Below are positions 1 through 8,265 of a stretch of DNA of 17,611 bases, piece by piece. The stretch is from the NCBI GenBank assembly GCA_963932905.1, contig CAWVRN010000045.1, forward strand, positions 1 through 17,611. The letters are read 5' to 3'. The notes under the pieces are model-generated. The model had not been told where the DNA came from, did no database searches, and saw only the letters and a list, made by a program, of their open reading frames with translations. The first letter of the stretch is position 1; each line of letters begins with the position of its first letter. Source of the DNA: an uncultured Bdellovibrio sp. Lineage in GTDB: Bacteria; Bdellovibrionota; Bdellovibrionia; Bdellovibrionales; Bdellovibrionaceae. Both the position numbers and the translations under genes were made by a program.

Positions 1-55
1 TCCAATAGATTTTAGCTTCTTAGCCGCAAGCTAAGGAGCCAGTTCTAACAGTATA
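1..55. repeat. 55-bp exact direct repeat, copy 1 (copy 2 at 270-324); may extend beyond the window start
   Basis: TCCAATAGATTTTAGCTTCTTAGCCGCAAGCTAAGGAGCCAGTTCTAACAGTATA occurs at 1-55 and 270-324. Confidence 0.95.
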
Positions 56-83
56 TGAACTGGTCCCTTAGCCTGCGGCTAAG
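19..83. repeat. REP/REPIN-like inverted doublet
   Basis: Arms 19-45 and 57-83 are 27-bp inverted copies with 3 mismatches around an 11-nt loop. Each arm contains its own CTTAGC-N5-GCTAAG hairpin. Confidence 0.75.
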
Positions 84-269
84 GCCAAGTAAAATATCGT
101 CAAATCAAGTGAATTTAAAACGTGGTATCTAAAATCCAGAAAGATTCAACACGCTCGCTTTTTTGAGGAATCGAAACTCGAATGTATTACGAGTTAATTC
201 GGATAATATTTTTTTTTTGAAAAACTGTTTCAAGACAGCGCTTTTAAATTTCAACTAAACAACTGTCTT

Positions 270-324
270 TCCAATAGATTTTAGCTTCTTAGCCGCAAGC
301 TAAGGAGCCAGTTCTAACAGTATA
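270..324. repeat. 55-bp exact direct repeat, copy 2 (single arm only)
   Basis: Identical to 1-55 but lacks the inverted partner arm downstream. Confidence 0.95.
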
Positions 325-575
325 AGGACGACTATCGCAAAGCCAATCTCAATCAAAGAAAAGAATTGACTCACATTCGTAACCGAATCGAAGGGATCGT
401 TAGTTACTATATTTCAATACTATCCGTAACGACCTCGCCATCAGCGTCCACTCCCGTTGATATAAGTAAGAATGTCGCCATTGAACACAGAATCCTTCGG
501 TAGGCTCGCAAATGGTAATGCTTTTAATAGATGTTTTTCGTACCCGTCGGCAGGAGCAACGCTCATTCGGACCTC

Positions 576-603
576 TTGACACATTTTTATAAGTCAGTAA
601 GGT
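576..603 (+). promoter_or_regulatory. sigma70-type promoter for gloA, probably producing a leaderless mRNA
   Basis: TTGACA (576-581), 16-bp spacer, TAAGGT (598-603); the ATG follows 7 nt later at 611. Confidence 0.55.
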
Positions 604-610
604 GTAAGGA

Positions 611-997
611 ATGCGCATACTACACACGATGATCCGAGTTAATAATTTGGAAGAGTCTTTAAAATTTTATACCGAAGTTATCGGCATGCAGATTCAATCG
701 CGCAAGGATTACCCGGAAGGGAAATTTACCTTAGCTTTTGTTGGATTTGGTCCAGATAAAGATCAGGGTGGATCGATCGAACTAACTCACAATTGGGATA
801 CATCGAGCTACACTTTGGGAAATGCATTCGGCCATATCGCATTAGCCGTTGACGATATTTATGGCTTTTGTGAGCGAGTGAAAAGTCGCGGCGGCAAAGT
901 CACCCGCGAACCAGGCCCTATGAAGCATGGCACGACGGTCATTGCATTTATTGAAGATCCAAACGGATACAAAATTGAATTAATTGAAAAGATCTAA
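611..997 (+). CDS. gloA: lactoylglutathione lyase (glyoxalase I)
   Basis: MRILHTMIRV N-terminus, IELTHNWD, FGHIALAVDDIY, REPGPMKHGTTVIAFIEDPNGYKIELIE. Confidence 0.96.
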   Translation: MRILHTMIRVNNLEESLKFYTEVIGMQIQSRKDYPEGKFTLAFVGFGPDKDQGGSIELTHNWDTSSYTLGNAFGHIALAVDDIYGFCERVKSRGGKVTREPGPMKHGTTVIAFIEDPNGYKIELIEKI

Positions 998-1023
998 ACT
1001 GTCGAATATTTCAATCGTCTGAA

Positions 1024-2109
1024 TCAATTTGGACCAATTCTATCAATTGCGATTTTGTCTTTGCAACCACGGATATAACCGACAGCCGACTTGTTCAATA
1101 AACTTTTGATAGTGATTTTAGATTCAATTGTTTTTGGATCTAACGAACTCGCAGTTAAGTTAACCTGAATTTCTGTTAAGTTTGCACCTTTGCAAATCAA
1201 GACAAACCGCTTACTAGCACCTTTACCAAAAGATTCATCCAAAGCCTTAAGCAAATCTGATTTTTTTAGGTCCGATTTGCTGACGTGTTTTCTGATCAAA
1301 TCGCCCGCTTTTGAATGATTAAAATCTTTCAAAAGAATGATCGCACGATCAAAGTATTTCGCTGCATCTAAAGTCTGGCAGGTGCCGTGTTTATGCCATT
1401 CGTGACGTTCTAGACATGAACCAGCGGCTCTGCTTGGCATGACAGATTCTAAATCTTTTTCTGTGCTTTGATTTGCGATGTTTACCTCGGGGTAATTACA
1501 GAAATCAGATTGGTTTGACTTTACATCTCCGCAAAACCCATAGTTCTGACCACAACTATTTTTATTTGGCCACATACCATGCAAAGTAAAATTTGAAGCT
1601 TGGTAGGAATCTGTCGCCAGGAATTGCGCTAGCTTACATTCTGGTTTGCTACGCTTTTCTTCGCAAAACGCAGGCTGCCAGCTCATGGCTAAAACAACCG
1701 AATCCATTTCACTCAGAGTATTGCAAGAATTAGGTGCTACCGGAGCCGGTGGAGTCGTTGGACTAGAAGCACCTGGTTCCGCTGGCGCATCCGCTTTGCA
1801 CACTTGCGGTGAAATGCCGCTGGCATTTTTAAAGTTCTGCAAACTTTGTTGGTAGTCGATAGTCCCATCGGCATTTAGCTTTTTTAATGTATCGTCGTAT
1901 TTTAACTTAACTTCCTGACCGTTTTTTAAACCGTAGGCAATACCATCGGCCTTGAAGTAAAATTTTTGGTAGGTTGAAAATGGCTTAGCCTTAATCCCAA
2001 AACACTCATTAGCCATTTCCATTGACTGAACCGCGGCTTGATCCTCGGGTGCTGTCTCAGCGAACGTCAGTGTTGATACGAACAAAATTGCAGCGATAAT
2101 TGATTTCAT
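1024..2109 (-). CDS. secreted ribonuclease T2 family (RNase I-like) with an extra N-terminal domain
   Basis: Signal peptide; LAMSWQPAFC; CAS-I FTLHGMWP; CAS-II HEWHKHGTC; LTEIQVNL; a Pro/Ala-rich linker precedes the catalytic domain. Confidence 0.92.
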   Translation of the reverse strand: MKSIIAAILFVSTLTFAETAPEDQAAVQSMEMANECFGIKAKPFSTYQKFYFKADGIAYGLKNGQEVKLKYDDTLKKLNADGTIDYQQSLQNFKNASGISPQVCKADAPAEPGASSPTTPPAPVAPNSCNTLSEMDSVVLAMSWQPAFCEEKRSKPECKLAQFLATDSYQASNFTLHGMWPNKNSCGQNYGFCGDVKSNQSDFCNYPEVNIANQSTEKDLESVMPSRAAGSCLERHEWHKHGTCQTLDAAKYFDRAIILLKDFNHSKAGDLIRKHVSKSDLKKSDLLKALDESFGKGASKRFVLICKGANLTEIQVNLTASSLDPKTIESKITIKSLLNKSAVGYIRGCKDKIAIDRIGPN

Positions 2110-2162
2110 GGAACCATCCTTTACAAGACCCTTCTCTTAATCCCTAGCTCTTAGAAGATGTT

Positions 2163-2178
2163 TGCAACAGCTAGGCCA
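2163..2178 (-). promoter_or_regulatory. candidate sigma54 (-24/-12) promoter upstream of the RNase T2 gene
   Basis: Minus strand reads TGGC-CTAGCTG-TTGCA, giving exact GG-N10-GC spacing, about 55 nt upstream of the ATG at 2109. Confidence 0.5.
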
Positions 2179-2231
2179 GTTTTGTAAGTTAACATAAGCC
2201 TAGCACAGAGAGAAAAGGGGACAAAACGACT

Positions 2232-2711
2232 CTAGATTTCTACGCTGCAAATATGAACATCAACAGCCACTTGACGATGATACTTATCTTGACCCGCCTC
2301 TACGTATTTAGAGCACGAAATAGACTGTACGAACAAAGATCTTTCAGAAATACCACCTTCAGTTTTTGTGGCCTTACCCAAACGAACACCGGCTACAGCC
2401 AGGGCACCAATTAATTTATCTGACTGAGCACTTGTTAACGGACCAAAGTTGTTGTCACTGTCAAAACTGCAATTAGAGATCGCTAAAACTTCAGCTTTTT
2501 GGCCCGGATCACCACTTTGACGTTCATAACGAACAACGCAGTAGATACCCGACAAGTCAATATGAGGACCTTTTTGTGGCGCACCCACAGCTTTTAGCGT
2601 TCGGAATAATACTTTTGATTTTGACGTGTTTAGATTGACAATTGTATTTGCTAGCGCTGATTCAGATAGAAAAAATAACGCTAAAACACCTGTAACTAGT
2701 GATTTGATCAT
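2232..2711 (-). CDS. secreted hypothetical protein (159 aa)
   Basis: Start reassigned to ATG 2711, which follows an AAGGAG RBS and begins a signal peptide (MIKSLV...ESALA); 4 Cys in the mature part. Confidence 0.8.
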   Translation of the reverse strand: MIKSLVTGVLALFFLSESALANTIVNLNTSKSKVLFRTLKAVGAPQKGPHIDLSGIYCVVRYERQSGDPGQKAEVLAISNCSFDSDNNFGPLTSAQSDKLIGALAVAGVRLGKATKTEGGISERSLFVQSISCSKYVEAGQDKYHRQVAVDVHICSVEI

Positions 2712-2791
2712 GGAGTTCTCCTTGGTTGATGGAGGCACTGTACTCTGTTTTCCCAGGAAGTTAAAATGAACAAAGTTTCTACAGGTAAATT

Positions 2792-3256
2792 CTATTTTAC
2801 CTGCACCACAGAGGTAATTTTAGGATCGTTTTTAGTGTCGATCTTCACTACATAAGTTCTGAGCACATATTTTTCAGAATCTTTCTTCACCATCTTTAAA
2901 ATCAGACTTAAAGCTTCGGTTCCATTGAAATTGGTATCTCTGCCTTCATCTTGCTTGGCAAAAACTTCTCTTAAATTATAGCGGCCAAATTCAGAAATGG
3001 TTTTCACATTAATCACGACAGTAGCGATACTATTGATTTCTGAAGCGCTTTCGATCTTGATTTCTGTTTGAGCCCCAATGATGCTGACATAGCGTTTGTG
3101 AAATATAGGTTTATTTCCTAAGGTCGATCTAGATTCGTTTGTTAATTCACTTTCGAATTTTTGCTTAACGGCCTCCAAGGCCATATCTTTTTCTGAATTC
3201 CAGAAACAACCGCTTACTGTCAAAATCACCATTAAAATCAGACTTTTTAGAACCAT
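2792..3256 (-). CDS. hypothetical lipoprotein
   Basis: Hydrophobic N-terminus with lipobox-like TVSG-C. Confidence 0.8.
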   Translation of the reverse strand: MVLKSLILMVILTVSGCFWNSEKDMALEAVKQKFESELTNESRSTLGNKPIFHKRYVSIIGAQTEIKIESASEINSIATVVINVKTISEFGRYNLREVFAKQDEGRDTNFNGTEALSLILKMVKKDSEKYVLRTYVVKIDTKNDPKITSVVQVK

Positions 3257-3446
3257 GTATTCATCTGAGCATCAAAACAACAATACGGTCTAGCCTAAAA
3301 CGCCACGAGCTGGACCTGTGATTGGATCGCATAGGTTTCGAGGAACTCCTCAAAAAAGGGTTTGGTTAAATCGCTGTCAAAAGGCGCAATTTTTTGCTGA
3401 CACAGCTTTTAATAAAAGCTAAAAATTTCCGAACACGGGAGGTCCC

Positions 3447-4280
3447 ATGACTAAACTACTATTTTCACTGATTTTTGTTTTCGCTTCGGGTTTAAAAGCA
3501 AACGAAGACAAATCTTGCTTTACCATCGATACCGGCGAAGAATTCTGCGATCTTGCTTTTAAAGGCAATGCCCAACAACTATGGATAGCTGGTTCTGGCG
3601 ATTTAGAACACGTAAAAAAAATCGTAAGTCCCTACGGCGTTAAACCCGTTCTGAACAAAGAAGGTCGCGCTCTAGTCTCCTTAGCATTTGTTCAATATGT
3701 TTCGACTTCGGTGGGACCATACAATGAACTGATTGTCATGTATGCGGTACAAAGAAATGACAAAAATATAGGGCCCTACTCACCGTTTATGTACACTTTA
3801 AAAAACGCTTTAGTTCAGAAAGATAAATCAAATCCTGACTATGGTTTCTTTATGAAAAAATTGGTCCTAGGTGGCGAAAATAAAAAAGCCGTTCATGCGG
3901 GAATTGAAATTGGCTTAAAAATTCATGGCATGCCTAAAGTTTCTGGCGACATCGACTATGCCTTGGATCCTTCCGAACAAATGCATGTGTCCGTTAAAAG
4001 TCATGACCAGTCCGTCGACATCGAAGGCACATTCGACAGTTCTTATTTAGGCGGAATTAATTTGATGGCAACTCCCGTCATCATTCATGCATTGTCGACT
4101 GGACTCGGCCATCCTCATTGGTCCAGAGCCGTTGGTTTTGCATGGGGCGGAACTCCCCAATCTACGAAAACATTAAAATTAAAAATCGATGGCAGCGAAA
4201 TGAAAGATCTACAGTTTCAACCGGGAGTGGTTGTTTTTTCCGGACGATACCGTTTTGAACTAGAGGCACCGAAAAATTAG
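3447..4280 (+). CDS. acetoacetate decarboxylase (ADC) superfamily protein with signal peptide
   Basis: VSLAFVQYVSTSVGPYNEL and G-x-x-IHGMPK motifs typical of ADC-fold proteins; GGAGG RBS. Confidence 0.7.
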   Translation: MTKLLFSLIFVFASGLKANEDKSCFTIDTGEEFCDLAFKGNAQQLWIAGSGDLEHVKKIVSPYGVKPVLNKEGRALVSLAFVQYVSTSVGPYNELIVMYAVQRNDKNIGPYSPFMYTLKNALVQKDKSNPDYGFFMKKLVLGGENKKAVHAGIEIGLKIHGMPKVSGDIDYALDPSEQMHVSVKSHDQSVDIEGTFDSSYLGGINLMATPVIIHALSTGLGHPHWSRAVGFAWGGTPQSTKTLKLKIDGSEMKDLQFQPGVVVFSGRYRFELEAPKN

Positions 4281-4331
4281 TACGAGACGTCTCTGGTGCT
4301 GATAAAACTTATCTAAAGGGAACTATTAACT

Positions 4332-4742
4332 ATGACTCCAGCAACGACTTCAAATTTAAAATGGGTGCGCGCCGAAGATGGTATTATCGGAGGCATTTGC
4401 CTTCAACTGGCACGCGAACTAAATCTAGATCCTTGGTTGGTACGCGCAGTTTGGCTGATGACAGTTTGCGTGCTTGGAACGGGATTGTTGGCTTACGTGG
4501 CTTTGATCATTGCCCTTCCACGAACCGACCGGCTGGATAAGGCAAACGAGAAAATGGTCTTGGGAGTTTGTGTTCGGTTGGCTCAACGAGGCGATCTAGA
4601 GGTCGGCTTAGCGCGATTGATCGCTCTCTTATTGCTAGTTATTTCATGTGGCGCTGTGATCCTTGGCTACTTTGTGCTGCATTTTCTTTTGCCAAAAGCA
4701 ACACCGGGACAAACAACACCTCCAAGCAAAAGTCTTTTTTAG
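4332..4742 (+). CDS. membrane protein with two tandem PspC domains
   Basis: R-x3-GIIGGIC-x2-LA-x5-DP-x-LVR and KMVLGVC-x2-LA-x5-EV-x-LAR, each followed by a hydrophobic segment. Confidence 0.85.
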   Translation: MTPATTSNLKWVRAEDGIIGGICLQLARELNLDPWLVRAVWLMTVCVLGTGLLAYVALIIALPRTDRLDKANEKMVLGVCVRLAQRGDLEVGLARLIALLLLVISCGAVILGYFVLHFLLPKATPGQTTPPSKSLF

Positions 4743-4763
4743 AAATACTATTTCATTGCTTCA

Positions 4764-4803
4764 AAATTAAAAAGGCAGATCAAATGATCTGCCTTTTTAA
4801 TTT
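4764..4803. terminator. bidirectional rho-independent terminator
   Basis: AAATTAAAAAGGCAGATC-AAAT-GATCTGCCTTTTTAATTT is a perfect inverted repeat between the convergent PspC and fadE genes. Confidence 0.92.
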
Positions 4804-4831
4804 ATCTCAATTTATAAAACGGCTTAACAGC

Positions 4832-7324
4832 TTACGAAGTTCTTAATTTATCCAGCTCAGCTTGGTGCTTGTCGTGCTCGGGGCCAAAACCTTTGCGATT
4901 AACATATTCTTCTTCCGTAAAGTCATCCACTTGGATTGCTTCCCAGCGTAATTGTTCAGCCTTCGCTAGCTCGTTGAATTCGTCTTGAGTGATAATTCCT
5001 TTTTCTAGTGCTGCTTTTGAAGCCGCGGAACCTTTCAATTTAGGAATTTGTTTTTCTTTAACGGCTTTGCGAACTTTACGATCTGTTGCTTCGGCGCGTT
5101 TTACCACTTCAAATACATATTCTAATTTACCGAATTGTTCGTCCGTATTTTTAGGTACATAAATACCTTCTGAGTGACGCTTACGAAGTTCTTGGTTATT
5201 CAAGATAGCTGTCGCAATTTTATGCGTGTGCTTATCATTGGCTTCTTCTGCGAAGGCGTTCATGCTCGACCACATCTTTAATGGACCGCGGAAGAACCAA
5301 CCCAATCCCGGAACATCAAGATTAGCAAATAGATTACTGAAGCCCTTTTGGATCTCATACAAAGCGTGGTTCATGGCAAAGTGAACGAATGGCAGATCTT
5401 CTTCACGACGACCTTCTGCTTCGTAACGACGAAGTACCGCTGTGCCGATGTACATCCATGACAAGATATCTGCAAAACGACCAGTTAGCTTTTCTTTAAA
5501 CTTCAGACTACCACCCAGTGCACCCATCGCGATATCAGTCGTGATCGCAAATGAAGCCGACGCCCATGACAATTTTTTGTAGTAACGTGCAGTCGCACCG
5601 CTGACTGGCGAACTAGCCAACGCACCACGAGTCACACTGAGTACAATCGAGCGGAACAAGTTTTTAACGATATGACCAACGTGACCAAAGAACGCTTTAT
5701 CAAACGCTTTGACGTCTTTGTTACCAATCGAAATCACTTCATCAAATGCATACGGATGTGCACGAAGCGCCCCTTGACCAAAAATGATCAGTGTACGAGT
5801 TAAAATGTTCGCACCTTCCACCGTGATACCAATCGGTGTTCCAATATATAAGTGTGCTAATAAATTTTTAGGACCACGTGAAATCGCCGCGCCACCCATT
5901 ACATCCATGCCGTCATTAATTAACTTACGTGAAGTTTCCGTTTGGTAGTATTTAGCAATCGCCGTAATAACTGACGGTTTTAAACCTTTATCAATCGCGC
6001 CCAAAGTATAGCGGCGCATAGCTTCCATTAAATAGGTGTAACCACCGAAACGCGCTAAAGGTTCTTCAATACCTTCAAATTGACCAATTGGTACGCCGAA
6101 TTGTTTACGGATAGATGCATGAGCACTGACCACACGCATGACTAACTTAGCACCGCCCACTGCCTGTGCCGGAAGTGAAATACCGCGACCAGCCGCAAGA
6201 CATTCTGTCACCATTTGCCAGCCACGACCGAAACCTTCTGTTGAACCGACCACTTGGTCGACCGAAATAACTACGTCTTTACCTTGAGTCGGACAGTTAT
6301 GGAAAGGAACACCCAAAGGATCGTGACGACGACCGATAGTTACGCCGGGAGTTTTTGCTGGAACAAGGGCCGCTGTAATACCTAGATCTTCACCTTTACC
6401 CATTAAATTTTCTGGATCACGAAGACGGAACGCAAGACCGATGATTGTTGAAATCGCAGCTAAAGTGATCCAACGCTTGTTCCAATTTAAACGAATATAC
6501 AATTTGCCATCATCACCTTTAAACAAAACGCCGTTTGAGGTGATCGATGCGGCATCCGAACCTGCGGTTGGTTCTGTTAAACCAAAACAAGGAACTTCTT
6601 CACCTGAAGCCAGCTTAGGCAAATACCGTTTCTTTTGTTCTTCCGTGCCGTAATGAACTAAAAGTTCTGCAGGTCCTAACGAATTAGGAACCATAACCAT
6701 AATCGACATTGGCAGTGATCGGCTTGATAATTTATGAACGACTTCACTGTTTGCCATCGCCGAGAAACCAAGACCACCGTATTCTTTAGGAATAATCATA
6801 CCTAAGAATTTTTCTTTCTTAATGATTTCCCAAGCAGCGTCTGGAAGTTTACGAGTCTCCCATAATTTCCAGTCGTCAACCGCGGCGCACAGACGCTCAA
6901 CGGGCCCTTCCATAAAGGCTTTTTCATCCGCCGTTAATTGCGGGTATGGTTCATTAATTAATTTTTTAAAATCTGGGTTACCCGAAAACAAATCTTTCTC
7001 TACCCACACAGAACCCGCTTCGATCGCGCTACGTTCCGTTTCTGAAATCACAGGCATAATTTTAGCTAGAATTTTTATTAGCCAGCTAGAAACTAGCACT
7101 GCACGCAACGGCGGAATTACAAAAATCATGCTTATTAAAAAATAAGCCGCGACGATTCCCGCAGGAACACCAAAACCCCAAAGCACCGCCGACACCCCAA
7201 TCGTCCAAACGATCAGTGGCGCGCCCAAAAAACCTAGCGCAAAAACCGCTAAGATAGAGCCAAGTACTGCATAGGTTGTTATACCATCCTGCAGGAAAAA
7301 GCCCTGAAAAAATTCCGATTCCAT
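4832..7324 (-). CDS. fadE: acyl-CoA dehydrogenase, FadE type
   Basis: 830 aa; N-terminal TM segments; VPNSLGPAELL, CFGLTEPTAGSDA, PIGITVEGANILTRTLIIFGQGALRAHPY; C-terminal AIQVDDF. Confidence 0.95.
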   Translation of the reverse strand: MESEFFQGFFLQDGITTYAVLGSILAVFALGFLGAPLIVWTIGVSAVLWGFGVPAGIVAAYFLISMIFVIPPLRAVLVSSWLIKILAKIMPVISETERSAIEAGSVWVEKDLFSGNPDFKKLINEPYPQLTADEKAFMEGPVERLCAAVDDWKLWETRKLPDAAWEIIKKEKFLGMIIPKEYGGLGFSAMANSEVVHKLSSRSLPMSIMVMVPNSLGPAELLVHYGTEEQKKRYLPKLASGEEVPCFGLTEPTAGSDAASITSNGVLFKGDDGKLYIRLNWNKRWITLAAISTIIGLAFRLRDPENLMGKGEDLGITAALVPAKTPGVTIGRRHDPLGVPFHNCPTQGKDVVISVDQVVGSTEGFGRGWQMVTECLAAGRGISLPAQAVGGAKLVMRVVSAHASIRKQFGVPIGQFEGIEEPLARFGGYTYLMEAMRRYTLGAIDKGLKPSVITAIAKYYQTETSRKLINDGMDVMGGAAISRGPKNLLAHLYIGTPIGITVEGANILTRTLIIFGQGALRAHPYAFDEVISIGNKDVKAFDKAFFGHVGHIVKNLFRSIVLSVTRGALASSPVSGATARYYKKLSWASASFAITTDIAMGALGGSLKFKEKLTGRFADILSWMYIGTAVLRRYEAEGRREEDLPFVHFAMNHALYEIQKGFSNLFANLDVPGLGWFFRGPLKMWSSMNAFAEEANDKHTHKIATAILNNQELRKRHSEGIYVPKNTDEQFGKLEYVFEVVKRAEATDRKVRKAVKEKQIPKLKGSAASKAALEKGIITQDEFNELAKAEQLRWEAIQVDDFTEEEYVNRKGFGPEHDKHQAELDKLRTS

Positions 7325-7341
7325 ATAACCTCCAAATGTTA

Positions 7342-8001
7342 CTAACTAACCTTTTTAACTTGTTTCTTACTTTTCTTTTTTATGGAAGACGCTTTGGCGT
7401 TTACATCCACTGCGCGTGACATATCAAGTAGGCGATTAAACGCGCGCTTCAGATGAAGATCAGCCTTGGGATCATCTAACATTCTTTTAAAATGAAAATA
7501 CCCCAGCACATGCGAATACATCGACCAAGCAAATAATTCGACATCTAAGTCGGTTCTGAAATGTCCCGCTTCGACCGCAATCCGCGCTGCTTTTTCTACA
7601 TTCGCGACTAAGTCCTTCTGTACATTTTTGGCAAAATCGCGAAGGGCACCCGGTCGGTCATCTAATTCTATCGATGCCGCTATCAGAATTCGCCCACCCT
7701 GAAGCGTTCCATCGTCATTTAAGTGAGCCAGCCAGTTTTTCATCATGGCTTTTACACGTGGCTCACCGGCAGCACATTTAAATGCCGGCCGCAAAACAAC
7801 ATTCACAAATTGATCGCGGGCCTGCTGTAAAACCTCAAGCTGTAGTTGATCTTTTCCTTTGAAGTGAGCGAACAACCCGCTCTTCGACATGCCAACAGCT
7901 TTAGCTAATTCACCGATTGTTAGACCGTCAATACCATCACGGCTGGCAATTTTCACCGCAGTTTCAAGAATGAGGGCTTTGGTTTGACTTGCTGACGACA
8001 T
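7342..8001 (-). CDS. TetR/AcrR family regulator, likely a fatty-acid degradation repressor
   Basis: HTH GLTIGELAKAVGMSKSGLFAHFKGKDQL; lies 17 bp upstream of fadE on the same strand. Confidence 0.93.
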   Translation of the reverse strand: MSSASQTKALILETAVKIASRDGIDGLTIGELAKAVGMSKSGLFAHFKGKDQLQLEVLQQARDQFVNVVLRPAFKCAAGEPRVKAMMKNWLAHLNDDGTLQGGRILIAASIELDDRPGALRDFAKNVQKDLVANVEKAARIAVEAGHFRTDLDVELFAWSMYSHVLGYFHFKRMLDDPKADLHLKRAFNRLLDMSRAVDVNAKASSIKKKSKKQVKKVS

Positions 8002-8021
8002 CTACGTGCTCCAATAGGTCC

Positions 8022-8049
8022 AGAATAGCACGACCGTTCGTTCTGTCAA
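8022..8049 (-). promoter_or_regulatory. sigma70 promoter of tetR-fadE with a palindromic operator in the spacer
   Basis: Minus strand TTGACA (8049-8044), 16 nt, TATTCT (8027-8022), with extended -10 TGn. The spacer holds the imperfect palindrome GCACGACCGTTC (plus strand). Confidence 0.75.
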
Positions 8050-8265
8050 TGATACCGAATATTCGTTCTATTGCGAAACGCGTCGACATAGACAAAATGT
8101 CTCAGGTTGAGGCAGTTAGCTAAACTTTGCGTATTTCATCAGCATCGATTCTAATGCCCTTAAATTTTTCGACAATTAACTTTACCGAGATTTTCTTCGA
8201 CAAAGGTCTATTAACCTAGTCACTTTGCGTGAAGAAGAACCTATTTCGGGGTATCCTAAAGCAGA

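Noticed and set aside
100..285. Decayed reading frame between the repeat copies
   Set aside because: Contains in-frame stops and no recognisable family motif; cannot be supported.
1..324. CRISPR array
   Set aside because: Only two direct copies, 55 bp long and 214 bp apart; no cas genes.
400..627. 75-aa minus-strand ORF
   Set aside because: Overlaps the gloA start and promoter, has no recognisable motifs, and is likely spurious.
3404..3420. AGCTTTT-AAT-AAAAGCT palindrome and weak sigma28-like site upstream of the ADC-like gene
   Set aside because: AT-rich and a poor consensus match; no function can be assigned.
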